64,000 bases of DNA from Rickettsiales bacterium (GCA_020049805.1 JAGVLN010000006.1:1002-65001), one strand, 5' to 3'. Counted from the stretch's first letter, positions 36,679 through 48,290 are shown. A program made the numbers and translations. The notes: generated by a model from the sequence alone, not told the origin.

Positions 36679-37176
36679 ATGAAACAGCTTTATAATTTAT
36701 TAATTATACTATTATTTTGTTATACTAGCGCTGCAGAAGTTCCTACTCAAACAGTAATTGATTCTGATAAGTTACTAGTAAATTACGAAACTAACATTGC
36801 TAATTTTATAGGAAATGTAAAGATTACTAAAAAGGATACGGTAATAACGTGTGATAAAGCTGTAATATATAGTGAAAAACAAAATTTAAATGCTTCACCT
36901 GCACAAGGTCAACGAGATATACAAAAGATAGAGTTTTTTGATAATATTGTAATACATCAAGCTAATAAATTAGCAAAAGGTGAACTTGGAGAGTATAACG
37001 CTAAAGAAGAAATAATTACACTCCTAAAAAACGTATCATTAACAGAAGATGGAAGTTATCTAGAAGGAGATAAATTAATTTATAATTTAAAAACTAAAAC
37101 TGCTAAGGTGGTTACATATAATAAAAATAATTCATTAATAGAGGATAGGGTGAAAGTATTCATTCCTGATAATTAG
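36679..37176 (+). CDS. lptA: LPS transport periplasmic protein LptA (OstA N-terminal fold)
   Basis: Signal peptide, F-x-G-N-V motif (ANFIGNVKITKKDTVITCDKAVIY), conserved position upstream of lptB. Confidence 0.75.
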   Translation: MKQLYNLLIILLFCYTSAAEVPTQTVIDSDKLLVNYETNIANFIGNVKITKKDTVITCDKAVIYSEKQNLNASPAQGQRDIQKIEFFDNIVIHQANKLAKGELGEYNAKEEIITLLKNVSLTEDGSYLEGDKLIYNLKTKTAKVVTYNKNNSLIEDRVKVFIPDN

Positions 37177-37182
37177 AAAATC

Positions 37183-37926
37183 ATGAAAGAAAAAAAAATT
37201 AAAAAACAATACTTAGAAGCAAAAAACTTAGAAAAATTCTATGAAAATAGACCGGTAGTAAGAGATATTAATATTAATATACAATCTGGTGAAATAGTGG
37301 GACTACTCGGCCCAAATGGCGCTGGAAAAACTACCTGTTTTTATATTATTAGCGGGCTCATTAAACCAAATCTTGGGCAAATATTCCTTAATAACCAAGA
37401 TATTACCAGATTACCTATGTATAAAAGGGCACGGCTGGGCATAGGATATCTACCTCAAGAAGCTTCAATTTTCAGAGGACTAACTGTTGAAGATAATATT
37501 ATGGCAATATTAGAAGTTATTGAACCTAACCGAGATCAACGTAGTCAAAAGTTAAATGAACTATTAGCTGAATTCTCTATTACTCATTTACGCACAGCAT
37601 TATCCACCACTTTATCTGGGGGAGAGCGCCGCAGGTTAGAAATTGCTAGGGCTATAGCTTCCAATCCCGCATTTATATTATTAGATGAACCATTAGCTGG
37701 TGTTGACCCGATAGCTATAACAGATATTAAACACTTGATTTCTCATTTAAAAGATAAAGGTATTGGAGTATTAATTACCGATCACAATGTTAGAGAAGTA
37801 TTAGATATTGTAGATCGAGGATATATAATTAGTGACGGTGCAGTAATTATGGAAGGCACCCCTAAAGAAATCATTGAGAATGAAATGGTTAGAAGTGTGT
37901 ATTTAGGAAGTTATTTTAAACTATAA
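37183..37926 (+). CDS. lptB: LPS export ABC transporter ATPase LptB
   Basis: Walker [10 protein letters not shown], signature LSGGERRR, Walker B ILLDEP, H-loop TDHNV. Confidence 0.92.
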   Translation: MKEKKIKKQYLEAKNLEKFYENRPVVRDININIQSGEIVGLLGPNGAGKTTCFYIISGLIKPNLGQIFLNNQDITRLPMYKRARLGIGYLPQEASIFRGLTVEDNIMAILEVIEPNRDQRSQKLNELLAEFSITHLRTALSTTLSGGERRRLEIARAIASNPAFILLDEPLAGVDPIAITDIKHLISHLKDKGIGVLITDHNVREVLDIVDRGYIISDGAVIMEGTPKEIIENEMVRSVYLGSYFKL

Positions 37927-37966
37927 ATAAATTTGTCATTTCAAAAACAGTGTTTAGATCAAAGAA

Positions 37967-38491
37967 ATGAATAAAACTGACAATAGAAATTTAGCCTTAG
38001 CTTTAATTATGTTAATTATTGGCATGGTTATGCTAGCCTATGCTTCGGTGCCATTATATAATTTATTCTGTAAAGTTACTGGCTACGGTGGAACCACACA
38101 AGTCACAAAAAGTGGAGCTGAGACAAAAGGAAATCGCAAGCTTAAAATAAAATTTGATGCTAATGTCGAACCTAATCTGCCTTGGATATTTAAACCAGAG
38201 CAAAGTGAAGTCAGTATTAGTACAGGTGAAAATACATTAGTTTTTTATTTCGCTCATAATAAATCAACAACTCCAATAATAGGTACCGCTGTTTATAATG
38301 TGACACCACATAAGGCAGGTAAATATTTCAACAAAATCCAGTGTTTTTGCTTTTCAGAACAATTATTGACTCCTAATCAACAAGTACATATGCCCGTATC
38401 ATTTTTTATTGATCCCAACTTTGATAATGATTTAGAAATGAAAGACGTAAATGCTATTACTTTATCTTATACTTTTTATAAGGTTAAATAA
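37967..38491 (+). CDS. ctaG: Cytochrome c oxidase assembly protein CtaG/Cox11
   Basis: N-terminal TM, VPLYNLFCKVTGYGGT, copper-binding CFCF motif (KIQCFCFSEQ). Confidence 0.9.
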   Translation: MNKTDNRNLALALIMLIIGMVMLAYASVPLYNLFCKVTGYGGTTQVTKSGAETKGNRKLKIKFDANVEPNLPWIFKPEQSEVSISTGENTLVFYFAHNKSTTPIIGTAVYNVTPHKAGKYFNKIQCFCFSEQLLTPNQQVHMPVSFFIDPNFDNDLEMKDVNAITLSYTFYKVK

Positions 38492-38501
38492 TAACTACCC
38501 A

Positions 38502-41500
38502 TTATTCTATTTGTTCAATAAATGATACTCCTTCTGGTAGGTTATTATTAGAAAAATTAGTAAAATCAGGATAATATATTTCCGGTAACTTCATATCAAT
38601 TATTTTATCATCAAGTTGAACTCTGAGCGTAATGGTAGCTTTTCCCAAACCACTATTCTCATTCATAAGCCATTTCTTAACTATATCAATTGATTTAAGG
38701 TCATTAATTCCTATTCTCCAATTCATTTGTTGAGTAGATAAATAATCTTTTAATTTAGATATGGATGTTGCCATTAATCTTGCCCCACCAGCATCTTTTC
38801 TTACATCTGCCGTAACAAACAATGGTGTTTTTGTGTATAATACATCTCGATTTTTTTCTAATAATTCATCATCAAAAATTGATAATTCAAACGTACCTGT
38901 AGAGTCTGACATCAATACCGATACATATCTTCCTCGAGGAGATACTCTAGTGCGAACACTAATTGGTATTGCAGCTATTTTAATTTTTGATACACCATCT
39001 GGTAGGTCATTCAATATGTAATTAATATTCACTATATTATTTTTAGCGAATAATTTGCTATAAATATCAAGAGGATGAGATGATAAATAGAAACCAATGG
39101 CACTGCATTCATGCTCTAAAAGTTCACTATTACTCCAATTATTGGTTGGTACCAAATCCGGTAATTTTGTTACTACATTTTCAGTAGCAAAAAGGCTAAT
39201 CTGCTTTGAATCTTTATCTTGATTATTAATGGCATTATGTTTAGTTAAAATATCTATTGATTCGAATAATTGTTTACGGTTGGGGTTTAAGCTATCTAAT
39301 GCACCTGCTTTAATTAAATTTTCTAATTGTCGTTTATTCATAACTTTTGGGTCACAACGAAAAACAAAATCAAATATATCTTTGAACTCTCCACCTTCGT
39401 TTCTTATATCACATAATAATTGCATAGCATTCAAACCAACATTTTTGATTGCTGCCAAACCATATAAAATCATTCCAATGCCTTTTTCATCATAATTTAT
39501 AGTAAAAAAAGGCTGAGATTTATTAATGTCAGCTGAGATAATTTTAATACCTAGATTTTTGGCCTCTTGAATAAAAATATTAATTTTATCAGTATCATCT
39601 ATTTCCATATTCATTAGCGCTACTAACATTTCCACAGGGTAATTGGCTTTCAAATATGCCGTTTGATAAGAAATTAAAGCATAAGCCACTGCGTGTGATT
39701 TATTAAATCCATAACCAGCAAATTTGGCTACTAAATCAAAAATATAGGTTGCTTGTTGTTTATCGACCCCGTTTTTTACTGCTCCATCAACAAATAATTC
39801 CCTTTGCGCTTTCATCTCTTGGATAATTTTTTTACCCATTGCGCGCCTCAGTAAATCAGCTGCACCCAAAGTATATCCAGATAAAACTTGGGCTATTTCC
39901 ATTACCTGTTCTTGATAAATTATTACTCCAAAAGTTTTATTTAGAATAGGCTCAAGGCTAGGATGCAAATAATCAGGTTTAAGTAAACCATGTTTGCATC
40001 CTATATATGTTGGTATGTTATCCATAGGCCCCGGGCGGTACAAAGCGCCAAGGGCAATCAAATCTTCAAATGAATCTGGCTTTAGCTTGCGCAATGCATC
40101 TCTCATACCAGAACTTTCAAACTGGAATACACCAACCGATTCCCCTTTTGACAACATTTTAAAAACTAGTTCATCATCTAGAGGAATTTTTTCTAATTCG
40201 AAATCTGGAAACCTGGATTTAATTAATTTAGTGCATTTAGATAAAACGGTTAAAGTTTTAAGTCCTAGAAAGTCAAATTTTATTAAACCAGCTGCTTCTA
40301 CATACTTCATTGAATATTGTGTAACCAGCATATCAGATTTGAGGTCATTATAAAGCGGTACACATTCTATAAGATCTTGCTTAGATATAACTATACCTGC
40401 AGCATGAGTTGAAGCATGTCGGTTTAATCCTTCTAGTTTTAAAGCTATATCAAGTAAATGTGCAACTTCTTCATCACTTTCTTTGGCTTGCTTTAACTGA
40501 GGTTCCATTTCTATTGCTTGAGATAATGATACTGGATTTACTGGATTAAAAGGTACCATCTTAGAGATACGATCAACTTGATTGTAAGGCATATGCAACA
40601 CTCGCCCTACATCACGAATTACAGCTCTTGCTTGTAATTTTCCGAAAGTAATGATTTGCGCTACTCGACTTATTCCATATTTTTGTTTTACATAATTAAT
40701 TACTTCATCCCTTCTTTCCTGGCAAAAATCTATATCGAAATCTGGCATTGAAACTCGATCAGGATTTAAAAAACGTTCAAATAACAATCCAAATTTAATA
40801 GGATCTAAATCAGTAATTTCTAAGCTCCAAGCCACAATAGAACCAGCACCTGAACCTCTTCCAGGCCCAACTGGAATATCGTTTCTTTTACTCCAACGAA
40901 TAAAATCAGAAACAATTAAAAAATAACCCGCAAATTGCATTCTTATGATTAATTCAAGCTCATACTCTAATCTTTGGTAATATGCTTGCTTATTTGCAGG
41001 ATCCATATCTCCAATACTATTTAATCTTTTCTCTAAGCCATTCCTAGCTAAAATTCTTAACTCTTCTTTTTCATCCTTGCCAATTGATACTTCATATTCA
41101 GGAAACATTGTTGGCATTTCTTCAGCCTTGACCACACACCGTTTGGCAATAGCAATAGTATTTTCTATAGCTTCTGGAATATCTGCAAACAGCTCTATCA
41201 TTTGCTTTGATGATTTAAAATAATGTTCTTTTGTAGACTTTCTACGGTTTGCCTCACTAATATATTTTCCCTCAGCAATACATAATAATACCTCATGAGC
41301 TTCGTGCATATCTTCTGATAAAAAGAAAACATCATTAGTAGCAACAAATGGTATATTATGCTTTAAGCCTAAGTCTATAAAGCGAGGTTCCGTTGTATCT
41401 TCCTCAAGTAATCCATGACGCATCAATTCTATATATAGGCGATCACCAAAAATTTTTTTTAATTCTAATAAAAACTGTTCAGCCGCATGAAGTTTATCAG

Positions 41501-41951
41501 TTAAAATTAATCTTCCTATAGTGCCATGTATTCCCCCAGTCAAAGCAATAATACCTTCTGAATGTTGCTCGAGCCAATCCCAGGTAATGTACTGCCCTTG
41601 ATTATCTTTGGCATGCAAAAAAGAATTACTAACTAACCACAAAAGATTCTTATATCCTGTTTGATCTTTAGCTATTAAAACTATTTGATCATAAAAGAAT
41701 TCGTTACCCTGTTTAATTTGGAGTTTTAAGACCGAGCCAATAATAGCCTGTACACCATTTTTAGTAGCTTCTAACGAAAATTCCAAAGCTGCAAATAAAT
41801 TACCACTATCTGTAATAGCAACAGCAGGCATTTTATTTTTGCGACAAGCATTAATTAAGTCTGGAATTTTAATAGCGCCTTCAGCTAAAGAATAAGAACT
41901 ATGTACTCGTAAATGAATAAACCTATCCATCTGAGTGGCATTGCTATGCAT
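38502..41951 (-). CDS. dnaE: DNA polymerase III alpha subunit
   Basis: 1149 aa. PHP domain HLRVHSSYSLAEGA, palm PDFDIDF, GLIKFDFLGLKTL, OB fold near the C-terminus. Confidence 0.95.
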   Translation of the reverse strand: MHSNATQMDRFIHLRVHSSYSLAEGAIKIPDLINACRKNKMPAVAITDSGNLFAALEFSLEATKNGVQAIIGSVLKLQIKQGNEFFYDQIVLIAKDQTGYKNLLWLVSNSFLHAKDNQGQYITWDWLEQHSEGIIALTGGIHGTIGRLILTDKLHAAEQFLLELKKIFGDRLYIELMRHGLLEEDTTEPRFIDLGLKHNIPFVATNDVFFLSEDMHEAHEVLLCIAEGKYISEANRRKSTKEHYFKSSKQMIELFADIPEAIENTIAIAKRCVVKAEEMPTMFPEYEVSIGKDEKEELRILARNGLEKRLNSIGDMDPANKQAYYQRLEYELELIIRMQFAGYFLIVSDFIRWSKRNDIPVGPGRGSGAGSIVAWSLEITDLDPIKFGLLFERFLNPDRVSMPDFDIDFCQERRDEVINYVKQKYGISRVAQIITFGKLQARAVIRDVGRVLHMPYNQVDRISKMVPFNPVNPVSLSQAIEMEPQLKQAKESDEEVAHLLDIALKLEGLNRHASTHAAGIVISKQDLIECVPLYNDLKSDMLVTQYSMKYVEAAGLIKFDFLGLKTLTVLSKCTKLIKSRFPDFELEKIPLDDELVFKMLSKGESVGVFQFESSGMRDALRKLKPDSFEDLIALGALYRPGPMDNIPTYIGCKHGLLKPDYLHPSLEPILNKTFGVIIYQEQVMEIAQVLSGYTLGAADLLRRAMGKKIIQEMKAQRELFVDGAVKNGVDKQQATYIFDLVAKFAGYGFNKSHAVAYALISYQTAYLKANYPVEMLVALMNMEIDDTDKINIFIQEAKNLGIKIISADINKSQPFFTINYDEKGIGMILYGLAAIKNVGLNAMQLLCDIRNEGGEFKDIFDFVFRCDPKVMNKRQLENLIKAGALDSLNPNRKQLFESIDILTKHNAINNQDKDSKQISLFATENVVTKLPDLVPTNNWSNSELLEHECSAIGFYLSSHPLDIYSKLFAKNNIVNINYILNDLPDGVSKIKIAAIPISVRTRVSPRGRYVSVLMSDSTGTFELSIFDDELLEKNRDVLYTKTPLFVTADVRKDAGGARLMATSISKLKDYLSTQQMNWRIGINDLKSIDIVKKWLMNENSGLGKATITLRVQLDDKIIDMKLPEIYYPDFTNFSNNNLPEGVSFIEQIE

Positions 41952-43248
41952 TACTATAACCTAATTTATATAATTTAATCTCAGACTCTAACTGCGCTTT
42001 ATCAATTACGTTTCTGAGATCATATATAATAGGGTTAATCATGAGTTGTTTTAATTTTTTATAATTAATACTTCTAAACTGTTCCCACTCTGTAAGAATA
42101 ACAGCTAAGCTTGAATCCTCTAAAGCTGAGTATAGGTCTTCGGTAAATGTTACATCTTTAGGCCAAACCTTCTTCGCTCCAGATGCACCTTGAGGATCAT
42201 ACGCTTTAATTATGGCACCATGTGCTAATAAAAGATTAATTATGTCAATCGCAGGACTAGAACGCACATCATCAGTGTTAGCCTTATAAGTTAAACCAAG
42301 GATAGTAATAACTTTATCAGTAACAGAATTACCGCAAAATTTTATAATATTTTTAACTATACTAACTTTATGCTGCTCATTAGAAATAGTAATAGCTTTA
42401 ATTAAATTACCTTCAACTCCTGTTTCGTCAGCAATCTGAATTAATGCCTTAACATCCTTAGGAAAGCAAGAACCACCGAAACCTGGACCAGGAGATAAAA
42501 ATTTATTACCTATTCTATTATCTAGCCCTACACCATATACTACCTGATTTATATCACCACCAACCCTTTCACAAATATTAGCAACTTCATTAATTAAGGC
42601 TACTTTACAAGCTAAAGCTGTATTAGAAGCATATTTTATTAATTCTGCAGTTTCATAGTTAGTGAACAGAATTGGGATTTGACGTTGAATATGGTTATTG
42701 TATAAATTCTCTATCTCTTTCTCGATAGGTTCTATAGAACCAATAACGATACGATCTGGATTCATAAAATCATTAATAGCATGACCTTCTCGTAAGAATT
42801 CAGGATTAGAGATCACTTTACATTTATATTCACTATCCTCATTAAGTAGATGACTTATTTTCTGGCAAGTCCCTACTGGCACTGTAGATTTAATTATTAC
42901 TGTTAGATTATTGCTTAAAGACTGTTTTATTTGGAGAGCAACATTGTTAATATAAGATAAATCAACCTTAAGAGTTGTAGAGTCGGTGGGTGTACCAACA
43001 GCAATTATGACCATTTCTACTTCTTTTAGGATATCCGGTAAATCCGTAGTAAACTTCAGACGCCCGTTATGATGGTTTTTAAGTATTAACTCTTCTAAAC
43101 CAGGTTCATAAATTGGTACAATACCAAGATTTAAATCAGAAATCTTTTTAACATTATTATCTACACAAATAACCTCATGCCCCATATCAGAAAAACATGT
43201 TCCCGACACTAAACCAACATATCCTGAACCAATAACCGCAATTTTCAT
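41944..43248 (-). CDS. ugd: UDP-glucose 6-dehydrogenase
   Basis: MKIAVIGSGYVGLV Rossmann motif, catalytic GGSCFPKD, NPEFLREG. Confidence 0.9.
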   Translation of the reverse strand: MKIAVIGSGYVGLVSGTCFSDMGHEVICVDNNVKKISDLNLGIVPIYEPGLEELILKNHHNGRLKFTTDLPDILKEVEMVIIAVGTPTDSTTLKVDLSYINNVALQIKQSLSNNLTVIIKSTVPVGTCQKISHLLNEDSEYKCKVISNPEFLREGHAINDFMNPDRIVIGSIEPIEKEIENLYNNHIQRQIPILFTNYETAELIKYASNTALACKVALINEVANICERVGGDINQVVYGVGLDNRIGNKFLSPGPGFGGSCFPKDVKALIQIADETGVEGNLIKAITISNEQHKVSIVKNIIKFCGNSVTDKVITILGLTYKANTDDVRSSPAIDIINLLLAHGAIIKAYDPQGASGAKKVWPKDVTFTEDLYSALEDSSLAVILTEWEQFRSINYKKLKQLMINPIIYDLRNVIDKAQLESEIKLYKLGYSNA

Positions 43249-44135
43249 AAATTATTACAATAAGTTTTTAATATTTTTTTTACCTCTGAGCTAATATTAT
43301 CATCAGCTAATGCATAAGATATATTCGCTGCCAAAAATCCTACCCGATTACCGCAATCAAAGCGCGGGCCTTTAAATTCTAAAGCATTAAATATATTCCC
43401 ATTATTCAACATTTGCCTCATAGCATCAGTTAGTTGAATTTCGCCATTCTTACTTGGTTTAGTTTTCTTTATATAATTAAATATCTCTGGCTGTAGAATA
43501 TATCTACCTACAATAGACAGATTAGATGGAGCCGTTCCTATCTCAGGTTTTTCTACCATATCAGCTACATTTATTGTACCATCTGTAGTTTCTCCAACTC
43601 TTATTATGCCATAATTTTTAGTTTGAGAAGGCTCTACCTCGGCAACCCCAATAATATTATTTCCATGTTGTTGATATTTTTCCTGCATTTGTGACAAAAA
43701 TCCATTTTTACATTGCAGCATTTCATCCGCAAGTATAACCGCAAAAGGTTCGTTCCCTATAATATCTTTTGCACAAAAAATTGCATGACCTAAGCCTAAT
43801 GCTTCCTGTTGGCGCACGAAAACTATTTTTCCTGCTTCTGGAATCCAATCCCTTGTCATATTTAATTCTAGTTTTTTATCCTGTTCGGATAAAATATTTT
43901 GCAACTCATAAGAATGATCAAAATGATTGGCAATGGCATTTTTATTACGGCCTGTTATAAAAATAAATTGTTCAATACCAGCATCCCTAGCTTCTTCAAA
44001 TGCATATTGAATCAATGGCTTGCTTGTTACTGGCAGCATCTCTTTAGGAATGGATTTAGTAGCTGGAAGAAATCTAGTACCTAATCCTCCTACCGGAAAT
44101 ACTACTTTTCTTATCTTATTGTATTTCATGGTCAC
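43245..44135 (-). CDS. galU: UTP--glucose-1-phosphate uridylyltransferase
   Basis: KVVFPVGGLGTRFLPATKSIPKEMLPV signature. ATGA overlap with ugd. Confidence 0.9.
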   Translation of the reverse strand: MTMKYNKIRKVVFPVGGLGTRFLPATKSIPKEMLPVTSKPLIQYAFEEARDAGIEQFIFITGRNKNAIANHFDHSYELQNILSEQDKKLELNMTRDWIPEAGKIVFVRQQEALGLGHAIFCAKDIIGNEPFAVILADEMLQCKNGFLSQMQEKYQQHGNNIIGVAEVEPSQTKNYGIIRVGETTDGTINVADMVEKPEIGTAPSNLSIVGRYILQPEIFNYIKKTKPSKNGEIQLTDAMRQMLNNGNIFNALEFKGPRFDCGNRVGFLAANISYALADDNISSEVKKILKTYCNNL

Positions 44136-44217
44136 AAGATCTAAATTTATGTGTTATTATCGAAATATATATAATATTACTAATAAAGAATAAACAACTT
44201 TATAATGAAAAATAAAA

Positions 44218-45216
44218 ATGTTCAATTGCCATAAAAGGATATACCAATTTTTGCTAATCAGCTTACTATCTTTAAACTCTTATGCAAATGAGTACGTAAT
44301 TAGAATCGCTGGATCTTCAACTGCTTACCCTTTCGTCACTACCGTGGCTCAAATGTTTTCTCTTGCTAATGAACAATATACAGTTATTGTAGAATCTACC
44401 GGCACAGGTAATGGACTACAATTGTTCTGTTCTGGAAATTCTGCAAAATACCCAGATCTAGCAAGTGCTTCAAGAATTATAAAACCATCTGAAATAAAAT
44501 TATGTAATGATAATGGTATAAATAATATATTAGAAATAAAATATGGGTATGATGGCATCATTCTAGCTCACTCAGAAACAGATAACAACATTAATATTTC
44601 GCGTAAAGATTTATTTCTAGCCCTAGTAGAAATGGTACCATTTGAAGGAAAATTAATCGCAAACCCTTACCAAAAATGGTCAGATATTAATCCTGAATTA
44701 CCAAATATGAATATTGAACTCTATGGCCCTGCTAGCACTTCTGGCACTAGAGACGAGTTAAACCAAATTGTTATGGAAGATTCATGTAAAGTCTTTCCAG
44801 AATATAAAAGTAACTTAAGCAAATGCCAAAACATCAGAAATGATGGTAAGTATATTGAAATAGGTAATAATGAAAATCTCATTATTCAAAAATTAAAGAA
44901 AAATAGCCATGCTTTAGGCATTATTGGTTATAATTTTTATGAAAATAACCTAGATTCCCTACAAGCCGTTACTATTGACAATGCAATTCCTACAATTAAT
45001 AATATTAGAAATGGTAAGTATCCATTATCTCGAGCATTATTTATTTATGCAAAAACCGATAAAAATGATAAAGTTAGTGATGGGATCAAATTGTTTTTAG
45101 AAACTCTTACTTCAAAAGATATGATTGGAAAGGATAGTTATTTAAGCACTAAAGGCTTAGTCTCTTTAAAAGAAGTAGAATTGAGTAAAATACAAAATAT
45201 AGTCGCAATGCATTAA
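44218..45216 (+). CDS. PstS-family periplasmic (phosphate-type) substrate-binding protein, orphan
   Basis: Signal peptide, IRIAGSSTAYPF and STGTGNG motifs of PBP-like_2/PstS proteins. No pstCAB adjacent. Confidence 0.72.
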   Translation: MFNCHKRIYQFLLISLLSLNSYANEYVIRIAGSSTAYPFVTTVAQMFSLANEQYTVIVESTGTGNGLQLFCSGNSAKYPDLASASRIIKPSEIKLCNDNGINNILEIKYGYDGIILAHSETDNNINISRKDLFLALVEMVPFEGKLIANPYQKWSDINPELPNMNIELYGPASTSGTRDELNQIVMEDSCKVFPEYKSNLSKCQNIRNDGKYIEIGNNENLIIQKLKKNSHALGIIGYNFYENNLDSLQAVTIDNAIPTINNIRNGKYPLSRALFIYAKTDKNDKVSDGIKLFLETLTSKDMIGKDSYLSTKGLVSLKEVELSKIQNIVAMH

Positions 45217-45251
45217 TAGAATTAGGCCATTATTTAAGTAAGTGAAAACAG

Positions 45252-48200
45252 GTGAAAATTTTTAAAAAAACGCTAAAAATTTTATTGTACTTTTTACTAG
45301 TACTAACCATCTTTATTTCTGTTGGTAGTTCATATATATATTATCGACTGGTTTTTCAGAATATACCTATTACTCTGAATTCTATACATCTAAAACACAG
45401 AATTTCTGATAACGTAATTGACATTGGTCTAGATGACCTTTTAATCTCTGTAGATAAAACCCAGAAAAGTGTCATAATTTCAGGAGTTGGGTCTTTAGAT
45501 ACATATGATAACAAGCTTCCTATTTATAAAACCGGCTTTTTTGAAATGAATGCTGATTTCAGCAACTTTTTCTCATCTTTTCATATACCTCTCAATATTA
45601 CAATTAAGGCTCCTAAACTATTTCCAAATAATATTTTGGCTTTAAACAAAAAAAGTAGAAAATATTCAGGAACAAGTGATCTATTTAACCAAATTTATTC
45701 TTCCTTAGATGACTTTTCGAAACAAAAATTTATTTTCATTCAAAACTTGAATATCAGTGAAGCTCAAATAATTTATAAAGATTGTAATTACAAACTAGCC
45801 CTAGATAGCACTCTTACAGCTGAAAATAAATTAAATGGCATATTAACCTTAGATGATTCTATTACTGTATCAAAAATGCAATTATCTATAGATAATACAA
45901 AACAACAAATAGCCACTGAACTCCAATTTAAACAATTTCCTATAAAAATGTTTACAGATTTTATACCAGAAGAATATAGCACTTCTGGCTTAATCAATGT
46001 AGATCGTAATTTAGTTTCAACTGGCACAATCCAATATCTCATTAACAAAAACAACAATCAAAATGATTTAGTTATTAGAATAGAAGATCAATCATCTAAA
46101 GAAATTAAAAATCTCAACCCTAACTCTCTTAACTTGTTAAGCTTCAATATCAGTGCAGATAATAATTTAAATAATGTTTCGATAAATAAGTTTATAGTAA
46201 AATTAAATAACAATGCTCAACTTGATATTCAAGCACAACTGACAAAATTATCCAAGATCTTTTCGGATGCATTTAAAATAAAAGGTAATATCACTGCCCA
46301 AAATATTCCAATAAATAGCGTAGAGTCATTATGGCCTCTAGATACCCTTCCCCCAGCAAGAGAATGGCTCATAGAAAGTATGAAAAATGGCGTAATAAAT
46401 AGCGCTTCTTGCGAGCTTAATATAAAGGATACCAACCATATAGATTCCCAGGATATTATAGCCAATTTGCAGTTTAGTGGAATTGATTTAAAATACGATG
46501 AAGAATATGACGAGCTCACTAATCTTAATGGCACAGCATCATTTAACGCTAATAATGCTAAAATTATTATTCAATCTGGTACTTTATTATCTTCTAAAAT
46601 AACAGAGGCTACTGTAGAGATTATATATGATGATCCAATGTTACCTCTAATTATATCAGCCACAACTAAAGGTATTGGCAAAGATTATTTAAATTTTATT
46701 GGAAAGGAAAATTTACAGAACATTCAGGATCAGGGATTAGATTTAACAAATATCAGTAGTACACTTGAGGGTAAAGTTTTTATTAAAATACCTCTAGAAA
46801 AAGAGATCTCGTTAGAAAATACTACATTAGATATAAATGCTACTCTAAAAGACACCAAAGTAAATTTTCGTAATATTAAAATAACTGAAGGTAATCTCCT
46901 GTTACTTATAGATAATAAGACAGTAAAATTATCAGGGCCAGCTAATATTAATAATCAACCTGGTACAATAAATTGGGTAAGCAATTTTGATAATGAAGAT
47001 GATGCAGTTTTTGATCATAAATTAAACCTTAGTATAGCAATAAGTCCACAATCTGATTTTGAAAATATGACTAACAAAAATTTTCAAATTATTAAAGGTG
47101 TAGCTAAAGCTAAGATAGAGTATATGAGCTATCCAAAATATGAACTAGCTAATGCAGTTGTAGACCTAAGCAATGCAAGCTTTACCATCCCTATTATTAA
47201 TTTAGTTAAAGATGAATCTGCTAACTGTTCATTTAATCTAGCTATGAAGAATGAAGAAAATAAAATATGGCAGACGACCCAATTAGAATTAATCTCTAAC
47301 AATGGTATAGATATAAAAGGTTATGCAGAATTTAATAATGATCTAAGTAACATACTAGTACTTAATAGCGATCTTAAATTCAAAGAAAATAATATTTCCA
47401 TTCAATATAAAAATTCTGATAATCAAATAATTTTGATATTAAATGGAGAAAAAATTGATTTAAGCAAGTCCAGCCCTTTAGATTTATTAAAACAGGGCGC
47501 AAATCCTAATTATGACAAATTAATGCTTGATATGAAAATAAGAACCTTGGTAATGGCTAATGATATTATTTTCCAAAATGTAATAGGAAATTTCAACTGT
47601 ATTAAAGATAATTGCACTAAAGGATCCTTGACCCTAGGTATGAATACTGGAGGGCAAGCTTCTATGAAACTAACTAAAAATAATGATCGATCTCAATGGG
47701 TGCTTAAATCAGATGATGCCTCATCCCTATTTAAAGCTTTATCTATTTATAAGAATATCAAAGGTGGTGAATTAACCTTAACTTTAACTAGTGTTGATAA
47801 GAATAAAACCAATATTCAATCAGTTTATGAAGGAGAAGTAAATTTAACTAATTTCACAGCAACTAAAACCCCTATCTTGGCAAAATTAATTTCTTTTAGT
47901 TCATTTAGAGGTATTTTATCTATATTACAAAATTATCACTCCATACCGTTCCAAAAAATGTATGGTAAGTTTATTTTTTCTAATAGCATAATAAGGATTA
48001 ATCAAACTTACTTTACTGGAAACTTCTTAACCCTTTCTTTAAATGGCACTATTGATCTAAACAAGGAATATATTAACTTTTATGGTAAAGTTATACCTCC
48101 AGTATATGGCTTCAATCATATCTTAGCTTTAATTCCATTTATTGGTCACCCATTAGCTGGTTCGCCTAATGAAAAAGGCTTAATATCTGCAAATTACACT

Positions 48201-48290
48201 ATTAAAGGTAAATTCGATAATACTACGGTATATGTTAATCCTATGGGTTTATTTTTACCTGAAGGGTTAGTAAATATGTTTGCCCCGTGA
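45252..48290 (+). CDS. AsmA-like / YhdP-family large envelope protein (DUF3971-type)
   Basis: 1012 aa. GTG start, single N-terminal TM, long Asn/Ile-rich beta-rich body, C-terminal block (LSLNGTIDL..., GKVIPPVYGFNHILALIPFIG, ISANYTIKG) resembling the AsmA-like C-terminus. Confidence 0.6.
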   Translation: MKIFKKTLKILLYFLLVLTIFISVGSSYIYYRLVFQNIPITLNSIHLKHRISDNVIDIGLDDLLISVDKTQKSVIISGVGSLDTYDNKLPIYKTGFFEMNADFSNFFSSFHIPLNITIKAPKLFPNNILALNKKSRKYSGTSDLFNQIYSSLDDFSKQKFIFIQNLNISEAQIIYKDCNYKLALDSTLTAENKLNGILTLDDSITVSKMQLSIDNTKQQIATELQFKQFPIKMFTDFIPEEYSTSGLINVDRNLVSTGTIQYLINKNNNQNDLVIRIEDQSSKEIKNLNPNSLNLLSFNISADNNLNNVSINKFIVKLNNNAQLDIQAQLTKLSKIFSDAFKIKGNITAQNIPINSVESLWPLDTLPPAREWLIESMKNGVINSASCELNIKDTNHIDSQDIIANLQFSGIDLKYDEEYDELTNLNGTASFNANNAKIIIQSGTLLSSKITEATVEIIYDDPMLPLIISATTKGIGKDYLNFIGKENLQNIQDQGLDLTNISSTLEGKVFIKIPLEKEISLENTTLDINATLKDTKVNFRNIKITEGNLLLLIDNKTVKLSGPANINNQPGTINWVSNFDNEDDAVFDHKLNLSIAISPQSDFENMTNKNFQIIKGVAKAKIEYMSYPKYELANAVVDLSNASFTIPIINLVKDESANCSFNLAMKNEENKIWQTTQLELISNNGIDIKGYAEFNNDLSNILVLNSDLKFKENNISIQYKNSDNQIILILNGEKIDLSKSSPLDLLKQGANPNYDKLMLDMKIRTLVMANDIIFQNVIGNFNCIKDNCTKGSLTLGMNTGGQASMKLTKNNDRSQWVLKSDDASSLFKALSIYKNIKGGELTLTLTSVDKNKTNIQSVYEGEVNLTNFTATKTPILAKLISFSSFRGILSILQNYHSIPFQKMYGKFIFSNSIIRINQTYFTGNFLTLSLNGTIDLNKEYINFYGKVIPPVYGFNHILALIPFIGHPLAGSPNEKGLISANYTIKGKFDNTTVYVNPMGLFLPEGLVNMFAP

